From: an uncultured Gemmatimonadales bacterium
GTDB taxonomy: Bacteria; Gemmatimonadota; Gemmatimonadetes; Gemmatimonadales; GWC2-71-9
NCBI GenBank assembly: GCA_963779755.1
Contig: CAVZZO010000003.1
Coordinates: 96,001-160,000, forward strand
Length of the DNA: 64,000 nt
Direction: 5' to 3'
The position numbers and the translations under genes are program-made. Position 1 is the first letter of the stretch; the number at the start of each line of letters is the position of its first letter. Shown here in pieces: positions 18,553 through 29,062 of the stretch. The notes under the pieces are model-generated. The model ran no database searches. It had not been told where the DNA came from and was given only the letters and a program-made list of their open reading frames with translations.

Positions 18553-19830
18553 ATGATCAAGGTTGCCGCCGTATATCCCGAATCGCTCGGCTCGGAGTTG
18601 GGCCTCACCGCCGGCACCGAGCTGCTGTCGGTCAACGGGCGCCCGCTGGAAGATTTTCTGGACTGGGAGTTCCTCACCGCGGACGACCAGTTCCTGCTGC
18701 ACGTGCGGCAGCCCGACGGCGAAGAGATCGAATTCGATATCGAGCGCCCGGAGGCCCTCCCCATGGGAGTGGAGCTGGAGCCGCCTCGTATCCGCCGCTG
18801 TGCCAACCGGTGTGATTTCTGTTTCGTGGACGGGCTGCCGCAGGGCCTGCGCACCACCCTGTATATCCGCGACGACGACTACCGACTCTCCTTCAAGTAC
18901 GGCAACTTCGCCACCCTGACCAATCTCAAGGACCGCGACCTGGCGCGCATCGTAGAGTACCGGCTCTCGCCGCTCTACGTCTCGGTCCACGCCACCGATC
19001 CCGTTGTCCGGCGCTGGCTGCTCAGGAACCCGACCGCGCCCGATGTGCTGGAGCAGCTCCGCTACTTCGCCGGCCACGGCATCCGGTTTCATACCCAGGT
19101 GGTCATGTCCCCCGGCGTAAACGACGGCCCCGTGCTGGTCCGCACCCTGGACGACCTGTACGCTCTGGGGGGGCCCGTGCTTTCGGTCTCCGTCGTTCCG
19201 GTGGGTCTCACCGAGTTCAGCCGGCACGATCGGGCCCGCGAGCCCACCCGGGAAGAATGCCGGGCGGCGGTCGCCGTGGTCGAAGCGGCGGCGGAGCGGG
19301 CCGGCCGGGAGCGGGGAGCCACCTGGGCCTACGGCGCCGACGAGCTCTATCTCCGGGCGGGGCTGGAGCTCCCGCCCGCCGAGGTCTACGGCGACTTCGA
19401 GCAACAGGAGAACGGCGTCGGCGCGGTGCGCTACCTGCAGCGGCAGATCGCCGCCTCGGCCGGCGACTGGCGCGGCTGGGCGGGCAAGCGCATCGCGGTA
19501 GTGACCGGGCTCTCCATGGGAGCGCTCATGCCCCAGGTGCTCGAGCCCCTGGCGGCCGCCAGCGGGGCCAGTTTCGAGTTGCTGTCCATCACCAATTCGC
19601 TCTTCGGCGAGTCGGTCACCTGTGCCGGCCTCCTTCCGGGCGCCGATTTTCAGGCGGCCCTGGCCGACCGCACCGATCTCGACCTGGCGCTGCTCCCCGC
19701 CGAGGCGCTGAACGACCACGGACTGTTCATGGACGACCTCTCGCTGGACCAGCTGGCGCGGGCGGTGCCTGTCGAGGTGCGGCCCTCCTACCGCTTCACC
19801 GACGCCCTGGACCTGCCGGTCGGCCCATGA
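18553..19830 (+). CDS. PDZ + radical SAM-like DUF512 protein
   Basis: N-terminal PDZ-like segment, CANRCDFCFVDGLP, DDDYRLSF, PGVNDG, QQENGVG. Confidence 0.88.
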   Translation: MIKVAAVYPESLGSELGLTAGTELLSVNGRPLEDFLDWEFLTADDQFLLHVRQPDGEEIEFDIERPEALPMGVELEPPRIRRCANRCDFCFVDGLPQGLRTTLYIRDDDYRLSFKYGNFATLTNLKDRDLARIVEYRLSPLYVSVHATDPVVRRWLLRNPTAPDVLEQLRYFAGHGIRFHTQVVMSPGVNDGPVLVRTLDDLYALGGPVLSVSVVPVGLTEFSRHDRAREPTREECRAAVAVVEAAAERAGRERGATWAYGADELYLRAGLELPPAEVYGDFEQQENGVGAVRYLQRQIAASAGDWRGWAGKRIAVVTGLSMGALMPQVLEPLAAASGASFELLSITNSLFGESVTCAGLLPGADFQAALADRTDLDLALLPAEALNDHGLFMDDLSLDQLARAVPVEVRPSYRFTDALDLPVGP

Positions 19831-21149
19831 GCAAACCCACAGTCGCGATCGTCGGCCGCCCCAATGTGGGAAAGTCTACGCTGTTCAACCGCCTGCTGGG
19901 CGGCCGCAAGGCCATTGTCGCCGATCAGCCCGGCACCACCCGCGACCGCCACTTCGGCGCCGGCGACTGGAACGGGCGCTCCTTCTGGGTGGTGGATACC
20001 GGAGGCCTGGTGCCCGACTCCCCGGTGGCGCTCGACCGGGCCATCCGTCGCCAGGTAGAGCTGGCGCTGGCCGAAGCCGATCTGATCCTCTTCGTCGTGG
20101 ATGGGCAGCAGGGCCTCACCCCGGTCGACCGCGAAATCGCCGCCCACCTGCGCAAGACCAGCCGGCCCGTGCTGCTGGCTGTGAACAAACTGGACGATCT
20201 CCCGGACACCAGCGCCCAGTATCAGTTCTATGAGCTGGGCCTGGGCGATCCCGTGGCCGTCTCCGCCGCGGTGGGAAAGGGCAGCGGCGATCTGCTGGAT
20301 GAAGTCGTCGCCCGGCTGCCGGAGGGATTCGGGGCGGAACCGGAGGAACAGATCAACGTCGCAGTGGTGGGTCGTCCCAATGTAGGAAAGTCATCCATCA
20401 TCAACCGGCTGTTGGGACACGACCGCCACCTGGTGGCGCCGGAGGCTGGTACCACGCGGGATGCGATCGACTCCCCCTTGCGCTATCATGGCAAATTACT
20501 CAACTTCATTGATACAGCAGGTTTACGGCGCAGATCTAAAGTAGAAGATGACGTAGAGTTCTACTCGACGCTTCGCACCGAGCGGGCGATCGAGCGTGCG
20601 GAAGTCTGCGTGCTGGTGGTCGATGCCACCCTGGGGATCCATGCTCAGGATCTTCGCATCGCCACGCAGGCCTGGGAGCGGGGCTGCGGGCTCATCGTGG
20701 TGGTGAACAAGTGGGATCTGATCGAAGAGAAAGGTCCCAATACCGCTGTCGCGGGCGAACGGGAGATTACCGACCGCGTGCCCTATCTCCGCTACGTCCC
20801 GTTCCTCTACACCTCGGCCGAATCGGGCCAGCGGGTGCACAAGCTGCTCGAGCTCATCGTGTCCGTCGCGCAGGTCCGACAGGAGCGCATCCCGACCGCG
20901 GAGGTCAACCGGGTTCTGCAGGAGCTGCTGCAGCGTACCGCGCCCCCGCAGAAACCGGGAGAGGAGGTCAAGCTGCTCTACGCCTCACAGATCGGCACCG
21001 CCCCCCCCACGTTCGCCATTGTCTCCAACCGGCCGCACGACGTGCCGGAAGCATACGAACGCTACCTGGTGCACGGTTTCCGTCAGGCCTGGAGCTTCGA
21101 GGGCGCCCCCTTGCGGATCAAGTTCACCCGGCGGGGGAGCCGGCAATGA
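19827..21149 (+). CDS. der: Ribosome biogenesis GTPase Der
   Basis: Two GRPNVGKS P-loops, DTGG/DTAG, NKLD/NKWD, C-terminal KH-like domain. Confidence 0.97.
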   Translation: MSKPTVAIVGRPNVGKSTLFNRLLGGRKAIVADQPGTTRDRHFGAGDWNGRSFWVVDTGGLVPDSPVALDRAIRRQVELALAEADLILFVVDGQQGLTPVDREIAAHLRKTSRPVLLAVNKLDDLPDTSAQYQFYELGLGDPVAVSAAVGKGSGDLLDEVVARLPEGFGAEPEEQINVAVVGRPNVGKSSIINRLLGHDRHLVAPEAGTTRDAIDSPLRYHGKLLNFIDTAGLRRRSKVEDDVEFYSTLRTERAIERAEVCVLVVDATLGIHAQDLRIATQAWERGCGLIVVVNKWDLIEEKGPNTAVAGEREITDRVPYLRYVPFLYTSAESGQRVHKLLELIVSVAQVRQERIPTAEVNRVLQELLQRTAPPQKPGEEVKLLYASQIGTAPPTFAIVSNRPHDVPEAYERYLVHGFRQAWSFEGAPLRIKFTRRGSRQ

Positions 21150-21769
21150 CCGTGCAGGCGGCCGGCTGGCTGGTGGCTTCCTATTTCCTGGGGGCAATCC
21201 CCACCAGTTACATGGTGGCTCGCTCCCTGGGCGGCGTCGACCTGCGGGAGCAGGGCAGCAGGAATCTCGGCGCCACCAATCTGTACCGGGTCATGGGATG
21301 GCGCTACGCCATCCCGGTGGCGCTGTTCGACGTCGCCAAGGGCGCCCTGCCCGTGGTGTTCTTCGGCCCGCTGGTGCCGGCGATCCCGCTTTTTCCCGTG
21401 CTCTGCGGGCTGGCGGCCGTGGTGGGGCACGTCTTCTCCGTGTTCGTGCGATTCCGGGGCGGCAAGGGCGTCGCCACGGCCGCCGGCGTGATGCTGGGCC
21501 TCGCTCCCTGGGCGCTCCTCGCCATGCTGGTGGTCTGGGCGGTTGTCGTGAAGCTCACCGGCTACGTCTCGCTGGGCAGCGTGCTGGCCGCCGCTCTCTT
21601 CCCGCTGGCGGCAGTAATTCTGCACGGGGCGCATGGCGCGCTGCTCGGCATCTATATCGCACTGGCGGCCTTTCTGGTGTGGAAGCATCGGGCCAACATC
21701 CAGCGGCTCCTGCAGGGCAGGGAGAATCGTTTCGGCAGCCGCAAGCCGGTGGAGCACCGGCCGGGATGA
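21146..21769 (+). CDS. plsY: Glycerol-3-phosphate acyltransferase PlsY
   Basis: GS.NLGATN.YR, DVAKG, GHVFS, GGKGVATAAG, HRANIQRL. Confidence 0.95.
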   Translation: MTVQAAGWLVASYFLGAIPTSYMVARSLGGVDLREQGSRNLGATNLYRVMGWRYAIPVALFDVAKGALPVVFFGPLVPAIPLFPVLCGLAAVVGHVFSVFVRFRGGKGVATAAGVMLGLAPWALLAMLVVWAVVVKLTGYVSLGSVLAAALFPLAAVILHGAHGALLGIYIALAAFLVWKHRANIQRLLQGRENRFGSRKPVEHRPG

Positions 21770-22761
21770 CGGTCGCCGTCCTGGGCGCGGGCAGCTGGGG
21801 CACGACGCTGGCGGCCTTGCTGGCCGCCAAGGGAGAGTCGGTTCGCCTCTGGGCCCACGAACCCGAAGTGGTGGACGCGATCAACCGCAACCGGGAGAAC
21901 CCGCTCTTCGCGCCCGGACTCCGCCTGCCCGATTCGCTCTGCGCGGTGGCCGACCCGGCGCGGGCGGTCGAGGGGGCGCCCGTCGTGCTGTCGGTGGTGC
22001 CCAGCCAGTTTGTCGGCCGGGTGGTCGGCGGGCTGCGCGAGGTGGTCGCCGATGGCGCCCTGGTAGTGAGCGCCACCAAGGGCATCGAGACCGCTTCGCT
22101 CAAGCTGATGTCCCAGGTGCTGCGGGAGGCCTTGCCCACGGCCCGGCTCGCCATTCTGAGCGGGCCCAGCTTCGCCGAGGAAGTGCAGCAGGAGCAGCCC
22201 ACGGCGGTGGTGGCCGCCGCGGCCGAGCTGGCCGACGCCGAGGAGGCACAGCGGATCTTCGCCACGCCGCGATTCCGGGTCTACACCAACCTGGACATGG
22301 TCGGTGTCGAGCTGGGCGGCGCGCTGAAGAACGTGATTGCCATCGCCGCCGGGATCCTCGAGGGCCTGGGTCTCGGCAACAATCCCCGCGCGGCTCTGAT
22401 CACCCGGGGCCTGGCCGAGATGACCCGGCTGGGCAGTGCGATGGGGGCCGACCCGCTGACCTTCGCCGGGCTGGCCGGCATGGGCGACCTGATCCTCACC
22501 ACCTGCGGCAATCTGAGCCGCAACCGCGCGCTGGGGCTGGCGCTGGCGCAGGGGCAGACGCTGGGAGCCTACACGGCCTCCCACCGCACCGTGGCGGAGG
22601 GCGTCTCTACCGCGCAGGCGGCGGTGCGGCTGGGCCAGCGTACCGGAGTGGAGCTGCCGATCGCGGAACAGGTACATGCGGTGCTTTTCGAGGGCAAGGC
22701 GCCGGGACGGGCGGTGGAGGATCTGATGGAACGCACTCTCAAGCCGGAGCAGTGGCGATGA
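21766..22761 (+). CDS. gpsA: NAD(P)H-dependent glycerol-3-phosphate dehydrogenase
   Basis: GAGSWGT, ATKGIE, LSGPSFA, GGALKNVIA, GLAGMGDL, SRNR. Confidence 0.96.
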   Translation: MTVAVLGAGSWGTTLAALLAAKGESVRLWAHEPEVVDAINRNRENPLFAPGLRLPDSLCAVADPARAVEGAPVVLSVVPSQFVGRVVGGLREVVADGALVVSATKGIETASLKLMSQVLREALPTARLAILSGPSFAEEVQQEQPTAVVAAAAELADAEEAQRIFATPRFRVYTNLDMVGVELGGALKNVIAIAAGILEGLGLGNNPRAALITRGLAEMTRLGSAMGADPLTFAGLAGMGDLILTTCGNLSRNRALGLALAQGQTLGAYTASHRTVAEGVSTAQAAVRLGQRTGVELPIAEQVHAVLFEGKAPGRAVEDLMERTLKPEQWR

Positions 22762-23138
22762 CAACGGCTCGGCCGGTTCAGGAGTTCTTCTCGATCGGGG
22801 AGGTCTGCGCCCTTACCGATCTCAAGCCGCACGTGCTGCGCTACTGGGAGAGCCAGTTCCGCTTCCTCAACCCGGCCAAGAACCGCTCGGGCAACCGGGT
22901 CTACAAGAGCCGCGAGATCGAGCTCATCATGCTGGTGAAGCACCTGCTCTATACCGAGAAGTACACCATCGAAGGGGCCCGCCAGCGGATCGACCATTAC
23001 CGCCGCACCGGCGAACTGCGCGTCGCCGCCCGCCAGGCGCTCTCCGCCGAAGTCGCCCGCGACCTGCGCGCCGAGGTGCGCGCGGTGCTGGACATCCTGG
23101 AGGGGAAGAAGCCGGCGAAGGGAACGGAGACCGCTTAG
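22758..23138 (+). CDS. MerR-family transcriptional regulator
   Basis: FFSIGEV...PHVLRYWESQF..LNP.KNRSGNRVY...YTIEGA. Confidence 0.9.
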   Translation: MTTARPVQEFFSIGEVCALTDLKPHVLRYWESQFRFLNPAKNRSGNRVYKSREIELIMLVKHLLYTEKYTIEGARQRIDHYRRTGELRVAARQALSAEVARDLRAEVRAVLDILEGKKPAKGTETA

Positions 23139-23250
23139 CCGCTCTCACCGACGGTGAACCCGTCCTACGGACTCGAAGGAGACGGAGCAAACCGGATCCG
23201 GAAGCTGCCGGCCGCAGCTCACAGCATCTTGAACGAGCCGGCGATCTCTG

Positions 23251-24186
23251 TCAGGCCAGCCGCGGATCGCCCGACCACTCCAGCGCGGCGCGGTCCCACC
23301 GCCCGAGATCGGCCGCCGCTCTGTAGGTGCTCTGCAGAAACTCCAGCAGGCAATCGTCGGGTGACGCCGCCGTGCACACGGCATCGTACGGCAGAATGAA
23401 CTCGCCCAGTTCCTTGCTGTAGAAGGCCGCGTCCGGTTCTGCGGCCGCTTGCGAAAAACCGGACGGCTCGGGGTAGGCATAGGAATAGAACGCCGGATAG
23501 TCGACACCCCCACCGCCGGCCCAGAATCCGGCGCTGCTCACTTCGTGCGAATACGCCTCGCGGGTCACCCAGTCCGGCAGATGGGGTATCCCGCCAGGAT
23601 GGGGCGGGGCGCGCCGGCCGGAGAAGCGCGTCACCGCCAGGTCCGCCGCCCCCCAGAACACGTGCACCGGGCTCACCTTCCCGATGAACCGGGCACGGAA
23701 ACGCTGGAACACCCGCTCCGCCTGCACCAGGATGCGCCAGAAGCGGGCGGCATACTCACCGTCATAGGCGCGGTGCGCTTCGTCCTCGGCGAAGGGTATC
23801 GGGTCGGGCAACTCGTTCGGGGCGGGGTAGAAATTGGCCTCGATGCCGAGACGGCGCAACGCGTCGCGGTAGCGCCGGTAGAAGGCGGCGACGGTCTGCG
23901 GCTCGAGAGGCAGGGTTTCGCCGCTCCCGTCGGTCACCCGGATCTGCAGCTGCTGCGCCAGGAAATCGAATTCGACGGTGAACGCCCGGGGAGGGCAGGG
24001 AATGAGGCCGGTGCTCAGCCCCGCGGCCGTGGGGTAGAGCGTCACCTGCCAGGAGTGGTTCACCCACGGGCTCAGCGCCAGGCGGGTCTTGCCCACGATC
24101 TGCAGCCAGCGGTGCAGGGTCGCGTGGGTATCGCTCCAGGCATCGAGCGGCAGCGGGGGCCAGGCGTCTGCGGACGAGGCGCACAT
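23251..24186 (-). CDS. DUF5996 family protein
   Basis: TLH.WLQIVGKTRL, NHSWQVTLY, F.GKVSPVHVFWGAADLAVTRFSGR, EAYSHEVSSAGFW. Confidence 0.8.
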   Translation of the reverse strand: MCASSADAWPPLPLDAWSDTHATLHRWLQIVGKTRLALSPWVNHSWQVTLYPTAAGLSTGLIPCPPRAFTVEFDFLAQQLQIRVTDGSGETLPLEPQTVAAFYRRYRDALRRLGIEANFYPAPNELPDPIPFAEDEAHRAYDGEYAARFWRILVQAERVFQRFRARFIGKVSPVHVFWGAADLAVTRFSGRRAPPHPGGIPHLPDWVTREAYSHEVSSAGFWAGGGGVDYPAFYSYAYPEPSGFSQAAAEPDAAFYSKELGEFILPYDAVCTAASPDDCLLEFLQSTYRAAADLGRWDRAALEWSGDPRLA

Positions 24187-24303
24187 GCGTCGATCCAGGG
24201 CGGAGGAAGCTTGATCTTCGACGGGGGCGAGGCGCTCCGCAAGGGCGGGAACCTTGACGTCCTGTCTAGTGTTTCAGGAAGGTACGAACCACGGAGAACA
24301 CTC

Positions 24304-25203
24304 ATGTCCGTCCGCCCCATCCGGCGAATCGAGCAGTCCAAGCCGACCATCGAAGGCGCCGGTGTCCGCCTGCGCCGCGCATTCGGCTTCGGCACCACCA
24401 GCGATTTCGATCCCTTTCTCCTGCTGGACGACTTCCGGAACGAACATCCCCAAGACTACCTCGCGGGTTTTCCCTGGCACCCCCACCGGGGCATCGAAAC
24501 CATCACCTACGTGCTGGCCGGCAGCGTGAGCCACGGTGACAGCCTCGGCAACAGCGGCAGCCTGGGCGCGGGGGATGTTCAGTGGATGACTGCCGGCAGC
24601 GGCATCCTGCATCAGGAAATGCCCCAGGGCGATCCCGGGGGACGGATGCACGGATTTCAGCTCTGGGCCAATCTGCCGTCGGCGCTCAAGATGACCCGCC
24701 CCCGCTATCAGGATGTCGCCGCGCAAGACATCCCGGAGATCACCGACGATGACGGAACCAGCGTCCGGGTGATCTGCGGCGAGTTCTGGGGCAGGAGCGG
24801 GCCGGTCGACCAGGTCGCAGCCGATCCGCGCTATCTCGACGTGTGGGTCCCACCCGGAAAGCGCAAGACGCTGCCGGTGGCCACCCGGCACCAGGCCTTC
24901 GCCTATGTGTTCGAGGGCAGCGGCACCTTCCGCGACGCGTCCGATCCGGCCCCGGTCCGGACCGAGGGCGTGGGCGCGGCCGAAGACGCCGGAGCCGGCG
25001 ACGCCGGAAACCGCTCGCTGGTGCTGTTCGGCAGCGGCGATGCGGTGACCGTGCAGGCGGGCGAGCGGGGCATCCGCTTCCTGCTCGTTTCGGGACAACC
25101 CATCGAGGAACCGGTGGCCTGGTACGGACCCATAGTCATGAACACCCGGGACGAGCTCCGGCAGGCGGTGCAGGAGCTCCAGGACGGGACCTTCATCAAG
25201 TAA
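24304..25203 (+). CDS. Pirin family protein
   Basis: DPFLLLDDF, GFPWHPHRGIETITY, QWMTAGSGILHQE, QLWANLP, GPIVMNT. Confidence 0.95.
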   Translation: MSVRPIRRIEQSKPTIEGAGVRLRRAFGFGTTSDFDPFLLLDDFRNEHPQDYLAGFPWHPHRGIETITYVLAGSVSHGDSLGNSGSLGAGDVQWMTAGSGILHQEMPQGDPGGRMHGFQLWANLPSALKMTRPRYQDVAAQDIPEITDDDGTSVRVICGEFWGRSGPVDQVAADPRYLDVWVPPGKRKTLPVATRHQAFAYVFEGSGTFRDASDPAPVRTEGVGAAEDAGAGDAGNRSLVLFGSGDAVTVQAGERGIRFLLVSGQPIEEPVAWYGPIVMNTRDELRQAVQELQDGTFIK

Positions 25204-25559
25204 AGCCCGGGCAGCACCGGCAGGGCGGCCGTTGGAGCGCGCCGCCCTGCGCGTCCCCCCCGATTGCCCGCCTCCCTGTGATTCACATTCCTGCACTTCC
25301 TCCGTTCACCAGTCAATGTGAGGGACAGGCCCGGGTGGAGCCGAGGGCGGGAGCAACGGTCTAGGATCGCGCCCCCGTTTTCCAGAGCAGCAAGGGCCGG
25401 ACGGGCACCAGCGCGGCATGGCGGCTCCCGCTTTCCGGCCCGCTGTTCATGAAGGCATGTTCACCTGCAATTCACCCGGGCCACGAGGACGCGGATCAAT
25501 TTCCTCTCCGGAGGGTCGGAATGCCGGCGCTTCCAGGTCTCAACCATGGAGGAGGATCC

Positions 25560-26153
25560 ATGCAATCACGGAGTCTGTTACTGGTGGCGGGGGCATTGCT
25601 GTTCGGGGCCATCCCCGCGCAGGCGCAGAGCCGCTGGCAAATTACGGTGCAGGGCGGGCCCGCCGTTCCATTGGAAAAGCTGAACGGCGTCGATCTCAAG
25701 ACTGGCGCCGGATTCGAGGGGACCGTCGGTTACCAGATCCACCCCCGCTTGTCGCTCTACGCGGGCTGGGACTGGCATCGTTTTGTGGTCCAGTGGCCCG
25801 CGCGGCCCTTTGCGGGGAATGCCCGCGAGCTGGAAGAAACCGGCTATGCGCTGGGCGCCCGCTATACCTGGCCGCTGCAAGCGGAGGGGCCGGTCAGCCT
25901 CATCCTGCGTGCCGGGGGAACGCTGAATCATTTCGAGGCGGAGGATGATGCAGGCAAGGGCACCGAGAATTCCGGCCACGGGCTGGGCTGGGAAGCCGGG
26001 GCGGGACTCGGCATCGCGCTGACCCGTCACTGGCAGGTGGCGCCGGTCATGCGGGTGCGGATGATCTCGCGGGATCTCACCATCGACGACGTCAAGCGGG
26101 AAAGCCGGCTGACCTATCTCGCGCTGGAAGCGGCGGTGAGCTATCGGTTCTAG
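25560..26153 (+). CDS. Outer membrane beta-barrel protein (OmpA-like membrane domain)
   Basis: RBS GGAGGA; signal peptide AQA; amphipathic strands; C-terminal SYRF. Confidence 0.7.
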   Translation: MQSRSLLLVAGALLFGAIPAQAQSRWQITVQGGPAVPLEKLNGVDLKTGAGFEGTVGYQIHPRLSLYAGWDWHRFVVQWPARPFAGNARELEETGYALGARYTWPLQAEGPVSLILRAGGTLNHFEAEDDAGKGTENSGHGLGWEAGAGLGIALTRHWQVAPVMRVRMISRDLTIDDVKRESRLTYLALEAAVSYRF

Positions 26154-26168
26154 GAGGCAGGCACCAGG

Positions 26169-26228
26169 GTGAGACGTGAGAAGTGGGTGCCCGGCTGCTC
26201 TCGGCTCACTTCTCACTTCCTGCTTCTT
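26169..26228. repeat. Palindromic heptamer repeat (GTGAGA./CTCACTT) between convergent genes; possible bidirectional terminator
   Basis: GTGAGAAGTGGG (26176-26187) pairs with CTCACTTCTCAC (26205-26216); overlaps the ATPase stop codon. Confidence 0.65.
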
Positions 26229-28945
26229 CCCCTTCGGGTCATGTCCTTCACCTTCCACCGTAACTTGTCCAGTTCCACCGCGGCCAGGATCGTCGCCGCC
26301 ACCAGCACCATGCGAACCCAGGTCAGCCCGTCCAGGGGAGCGAGGTGGAGGAACCGCCGCGCCACTGGCAGATACAGCGCCCCCACGTGCGCCGCGAGGG
26401 CCGCCACCGCCGCGAGGATCAGCCAGGGGTTGGACCAGGGCGCCTCGGCAAAGACGCTCCGGGATTCTGAGCGCGCATTGCCGATCTGGAAGGTCTCGAA
26501 GAGGACCAGGGTGGTGAGGGCGACGGTCTGCGCGCGGATCAGGGAACCGCTCGCCGTCAGCTCCCGGTTGAACAGCAGCAGCACCCCCGCCGCCTGCACC
26601 AGTCCCGACAGGACGGTCCGCTGCCACAGTACCCGCGACAGCAGGCCGGCGCGGGGCGAGCGGGGCGGCCGGTGCAGGGTATCCGGGGCGGCAGGCTCGA
26701 AGGCGAGCGCCAGGTGCTGGACCCCTTCAGTGGCCAGGTTGAGCCAGAGCAGCTGGACGGCGATGAGGGGCAGCGGCCAGCCGAGCGCGAGCGCCATCAG
26801 GACGATCAGCACCTCGGCCACGTTGGTCGAGAGCAGGAAGAAGGCGATCTTGCGGATGTTGTCAAAGGTGACGCGGCCCTCCGCCACCGCGCCGTAGATG
26901 CTGACGAAATTGTCGTCCACCAGCACGATATCCGCCGCTTCCCGGGCCACGTCCGTTCCGCTCCGCCCCATGGCGATGCCGACGTCGGCGGCCTGCAACG
27001 CGGGGGCGTCATTGATGCCGTCCCCGGTCACCGCGACGACCTCGCCCCTCGCCTGCAGCGCGCGCACCACGCGCAGCTTGTGCGCCGGGCTCACCCGGGC
27101 ATAGACGGAGACCCGGGCCACCTCCTCCCTCAGGCGCACCTCGTCCATGGCGTCCAGCTCCCGCCCGGTCAGGGCCGGCGTGTCGGCCGCGGCCAGACTC
27201 AGCTCGCGGGCAATGGCGCGGGCGGTATCGGCATGGTCGCCGGTGATCATCACCACCCGGATCCCCGCCTCCCGGCAGCCGGCGATCGCCTCATGCACCC
27301 CGGGGCGGGGCGGGTCCAGCATCCCCTGGAGCCCGAGAAATACCAGGGCGGAGGGTGCCTCGATGCTGGAGGGCGTGCCCGCCTCCAGCTCGCGCCACGC
27401 CATCGCCAGCACGCGCAGGCCGCCGGCCGCCATCCGGGACACCTGGGCCAGGATCGCTTCAGGATCCAGCGGCTCCAGCCCGCCGCCGCGCCCGAGTTGC
27501 CGGTTGCTCATGGCGAGCACCCGTTCGGGCGATCCCTTCAGGAAAAGCGCCTGCCCGCCGCCATGCTTCCGGAGCGCCGCCGAATACTGGAGGTCGGGTT
27601 CGAACGGCACCTCGGCCAGCACCGGGTAGCGCTCCTGCAGCTCGGCGGGATCCAGATCTGCCTGGCGCGCCGAGCGGAGCAGCGCCACCTCGGTGGGATC
27701 GCCCACGGCGGCCTCGCCCCCCGCGGCGTCCACCCGCAGGTCGGCCTCATTGGTGAGGACACCCGCCAGCAGCGTAAGGTAGAGCGCACGATCTTCGGCG
27801 ACGGCGGCCGCGGTGACGGGGGCGGCCACGGCCCCCCCACGGGCCGTACCCTGCTGCACCCAGTTCCGGCCCCCGGCCCGGATCTCCGTCACGGTCATCC
27901 GGTTCTGGGTCAGGGTGCCGGTCTTGTCCGAGCCGATCACCGTGGTGCTGCCCAGGGTTTCCACCGAGGCCAGCCGGCGCACGATGGCCTGGCGCCCGGC
28001 CATGCGCCGGACGCCCAGGGTCAGAGTGATCGTGCTGGCGACGGGCAGGCCTTCCGGCACGGCCGACACCGCAAGGGCGACGGCGACGAGGAACATCTTC
28101 GCCAGACCCTCCCCCGCCAGGATGCCGGCCGCAAAGGAGAGCGCCGCGGCGACCACGACGACGATGCCGATGATGCGGGCAAACCGGGCTAGCCGCAGCT
28201 GGAGAGGCGGCACCGAGCGCTCGCCGGTCTGAAGCTGCGCCGCAATGCCGCCCAGCTCCGTCGCGGCCCCGGTCGCGACCACGTAGCCGCGGCCGCGGCC
28301 GCTGGCGACCACGGTCCCGGCATAAAGCATGTCCCGCCGGTCGGCGACGGGCGAGTCCTCCGCCACCGGCTCCGGCCGCTTGTGCACCGGCGCCGCCTCT
28401 CCGGTGAGGAGCGATTCATCCACCAGCAGCGCCGTCGCCAGCGACAGGCGGACATCGGCCGGGACCCGCGCGCCCGATTCCAGCAGCACTACGTCGCCCG
28501 GCACCAGCCCGGCGCTCTCGATCTCCGCCTCGCGGCCTTCGCGCAGGACTCGCGCGTGCGGGCTTGCCAGCCGCCGCAGCGCCCGGACCGAGTGTTCCGC
28601 CCGCTGCTCCTGGATGAACCCGATCGTGGCATTCAGCAGCAGGACCACGCCGATCACCACGGCGTCGACCGTGTCGCCCAGGGCGACGCTGATCAGCGTC
28701 GCCGCCAGCAGCAGGTAGATGAGGGGATTGGCGAACTGCCGCAGGAATCCCAGGAGCCGGCTGGGCACGCGCGCCTCGGGCAGGGCATTAGGCCCCCAAT
28801 GGGCCAGGCGCGCCGCTGCCTCGGCGGCGTCGAGTCCGCGCGCACCGCTTTCCAGCGCGCCGGCCACCGCCGCCGGATCCAGCGCATGCCAGGCGGGAAC
28901 CACCGGCGCGCCGGCTCCACCGTTCGGCAAGGAGACTGATGCCAT
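26213..28945 (-). CDS. Cation-transporting P-type ATPase (type IIA, Ca2+-like)
   Basis: DESLLTGE, VPEGLP, SDKTGTLT, KGSPE, MITGDH, TGDGINDAPAL. Confidence 0.95.
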   Translation of the reverse strand: MASVSLPNGGAGAPVVPAWHALDPAAVAGALESGARGLDAAEAAARLAHWGPNALPEARVPSRLLGFLRQFANPLIYLLLAATLISVALGDTVDAVVIGVVLLLNATIGFIQEQRAEHSVRALRRLASPHARVLREGREAEIESAGLVPGDVVLLESGARVPADVRLSLATALLVDESLLTGEAAPVHKRPEPVAEDSPVADRRDMLYAGTVVASGRGRGYVVATGAATELGGIAAQLQTGERSVPPLQLRLARFARIIGIVVVVAAALSFAAGILAGEGLAKMFLVAVALAVSAVPEGLPVASTITLTLGVRRMAGRQAIVRRLASVETLGSTTVIGSDKTGTLTQNRMTVTEIRAGGRNWVQQGTARGGAVAAPVTAAAVAEDRALYLTLLAGVLTNEADLRVDAAGGEAAVGDPTEVALLRSARQADLDPAELQERYPVLAEVPFEPDLQYSAALRKHGGGQALFLKGSPERVLAMSNRQLGRGGGLEPLDPEAILAQVSRMAAGGLRVLAMAWRELEAGTPSSIEAPSALVFLGLQGMLDPPRPGVHEAIAGCREAGIRVVMITGDHADTARAIARELSLAAADTPALTGRELDAMDEVRLREEVARVSVYARVSPAHKLRVVRALQARGEVVAVTGDGINDAPALQAADVGIAMGRSGTDVAREAADIVLVDDNFVSIYGAVAEGRVTFDNIRKIAFFLLSTNVAEVLIVLMALALGWPLPLIAVQLLWLNLATEGVQHLALAFEPAAPDTLHRPPRSPRAGLLSRVLWQRTVLSGLVQAAGVLLLFNRELTASGSLIRAQTVALTTLVLFETFQIGNARSESRSVFAEAPWSNPWLILAAVAALAAHVGALYLPVARRFLHLAPLDGLTWVRMVLVAATILAAVELDKLRWKVKDMTRRGRSRK

Positions 28946-29010
28946 CCCGTAAGTCTAGACCCCGCAGGATGATGACGATATGAAAACCGCATGACTGGGG
29001 CGCCACTGGA

Positions 29011-29040
29011 TTGACGCAACAATATTGTTGCGCCTATATT
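29011..29040 (+). promoter_or_regulatory. Toxin-antitoxin promoter with palindromic operator
   Basis: TTGACG-18 nt-TATATT; perfect 18-bp palindrome CGCAACAATATTGTTGCG at 29015-29032. Confidence 0.75.
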
Positions 29041-29062
29041 CTTCCGGGAGGAGGTGGCCGTC

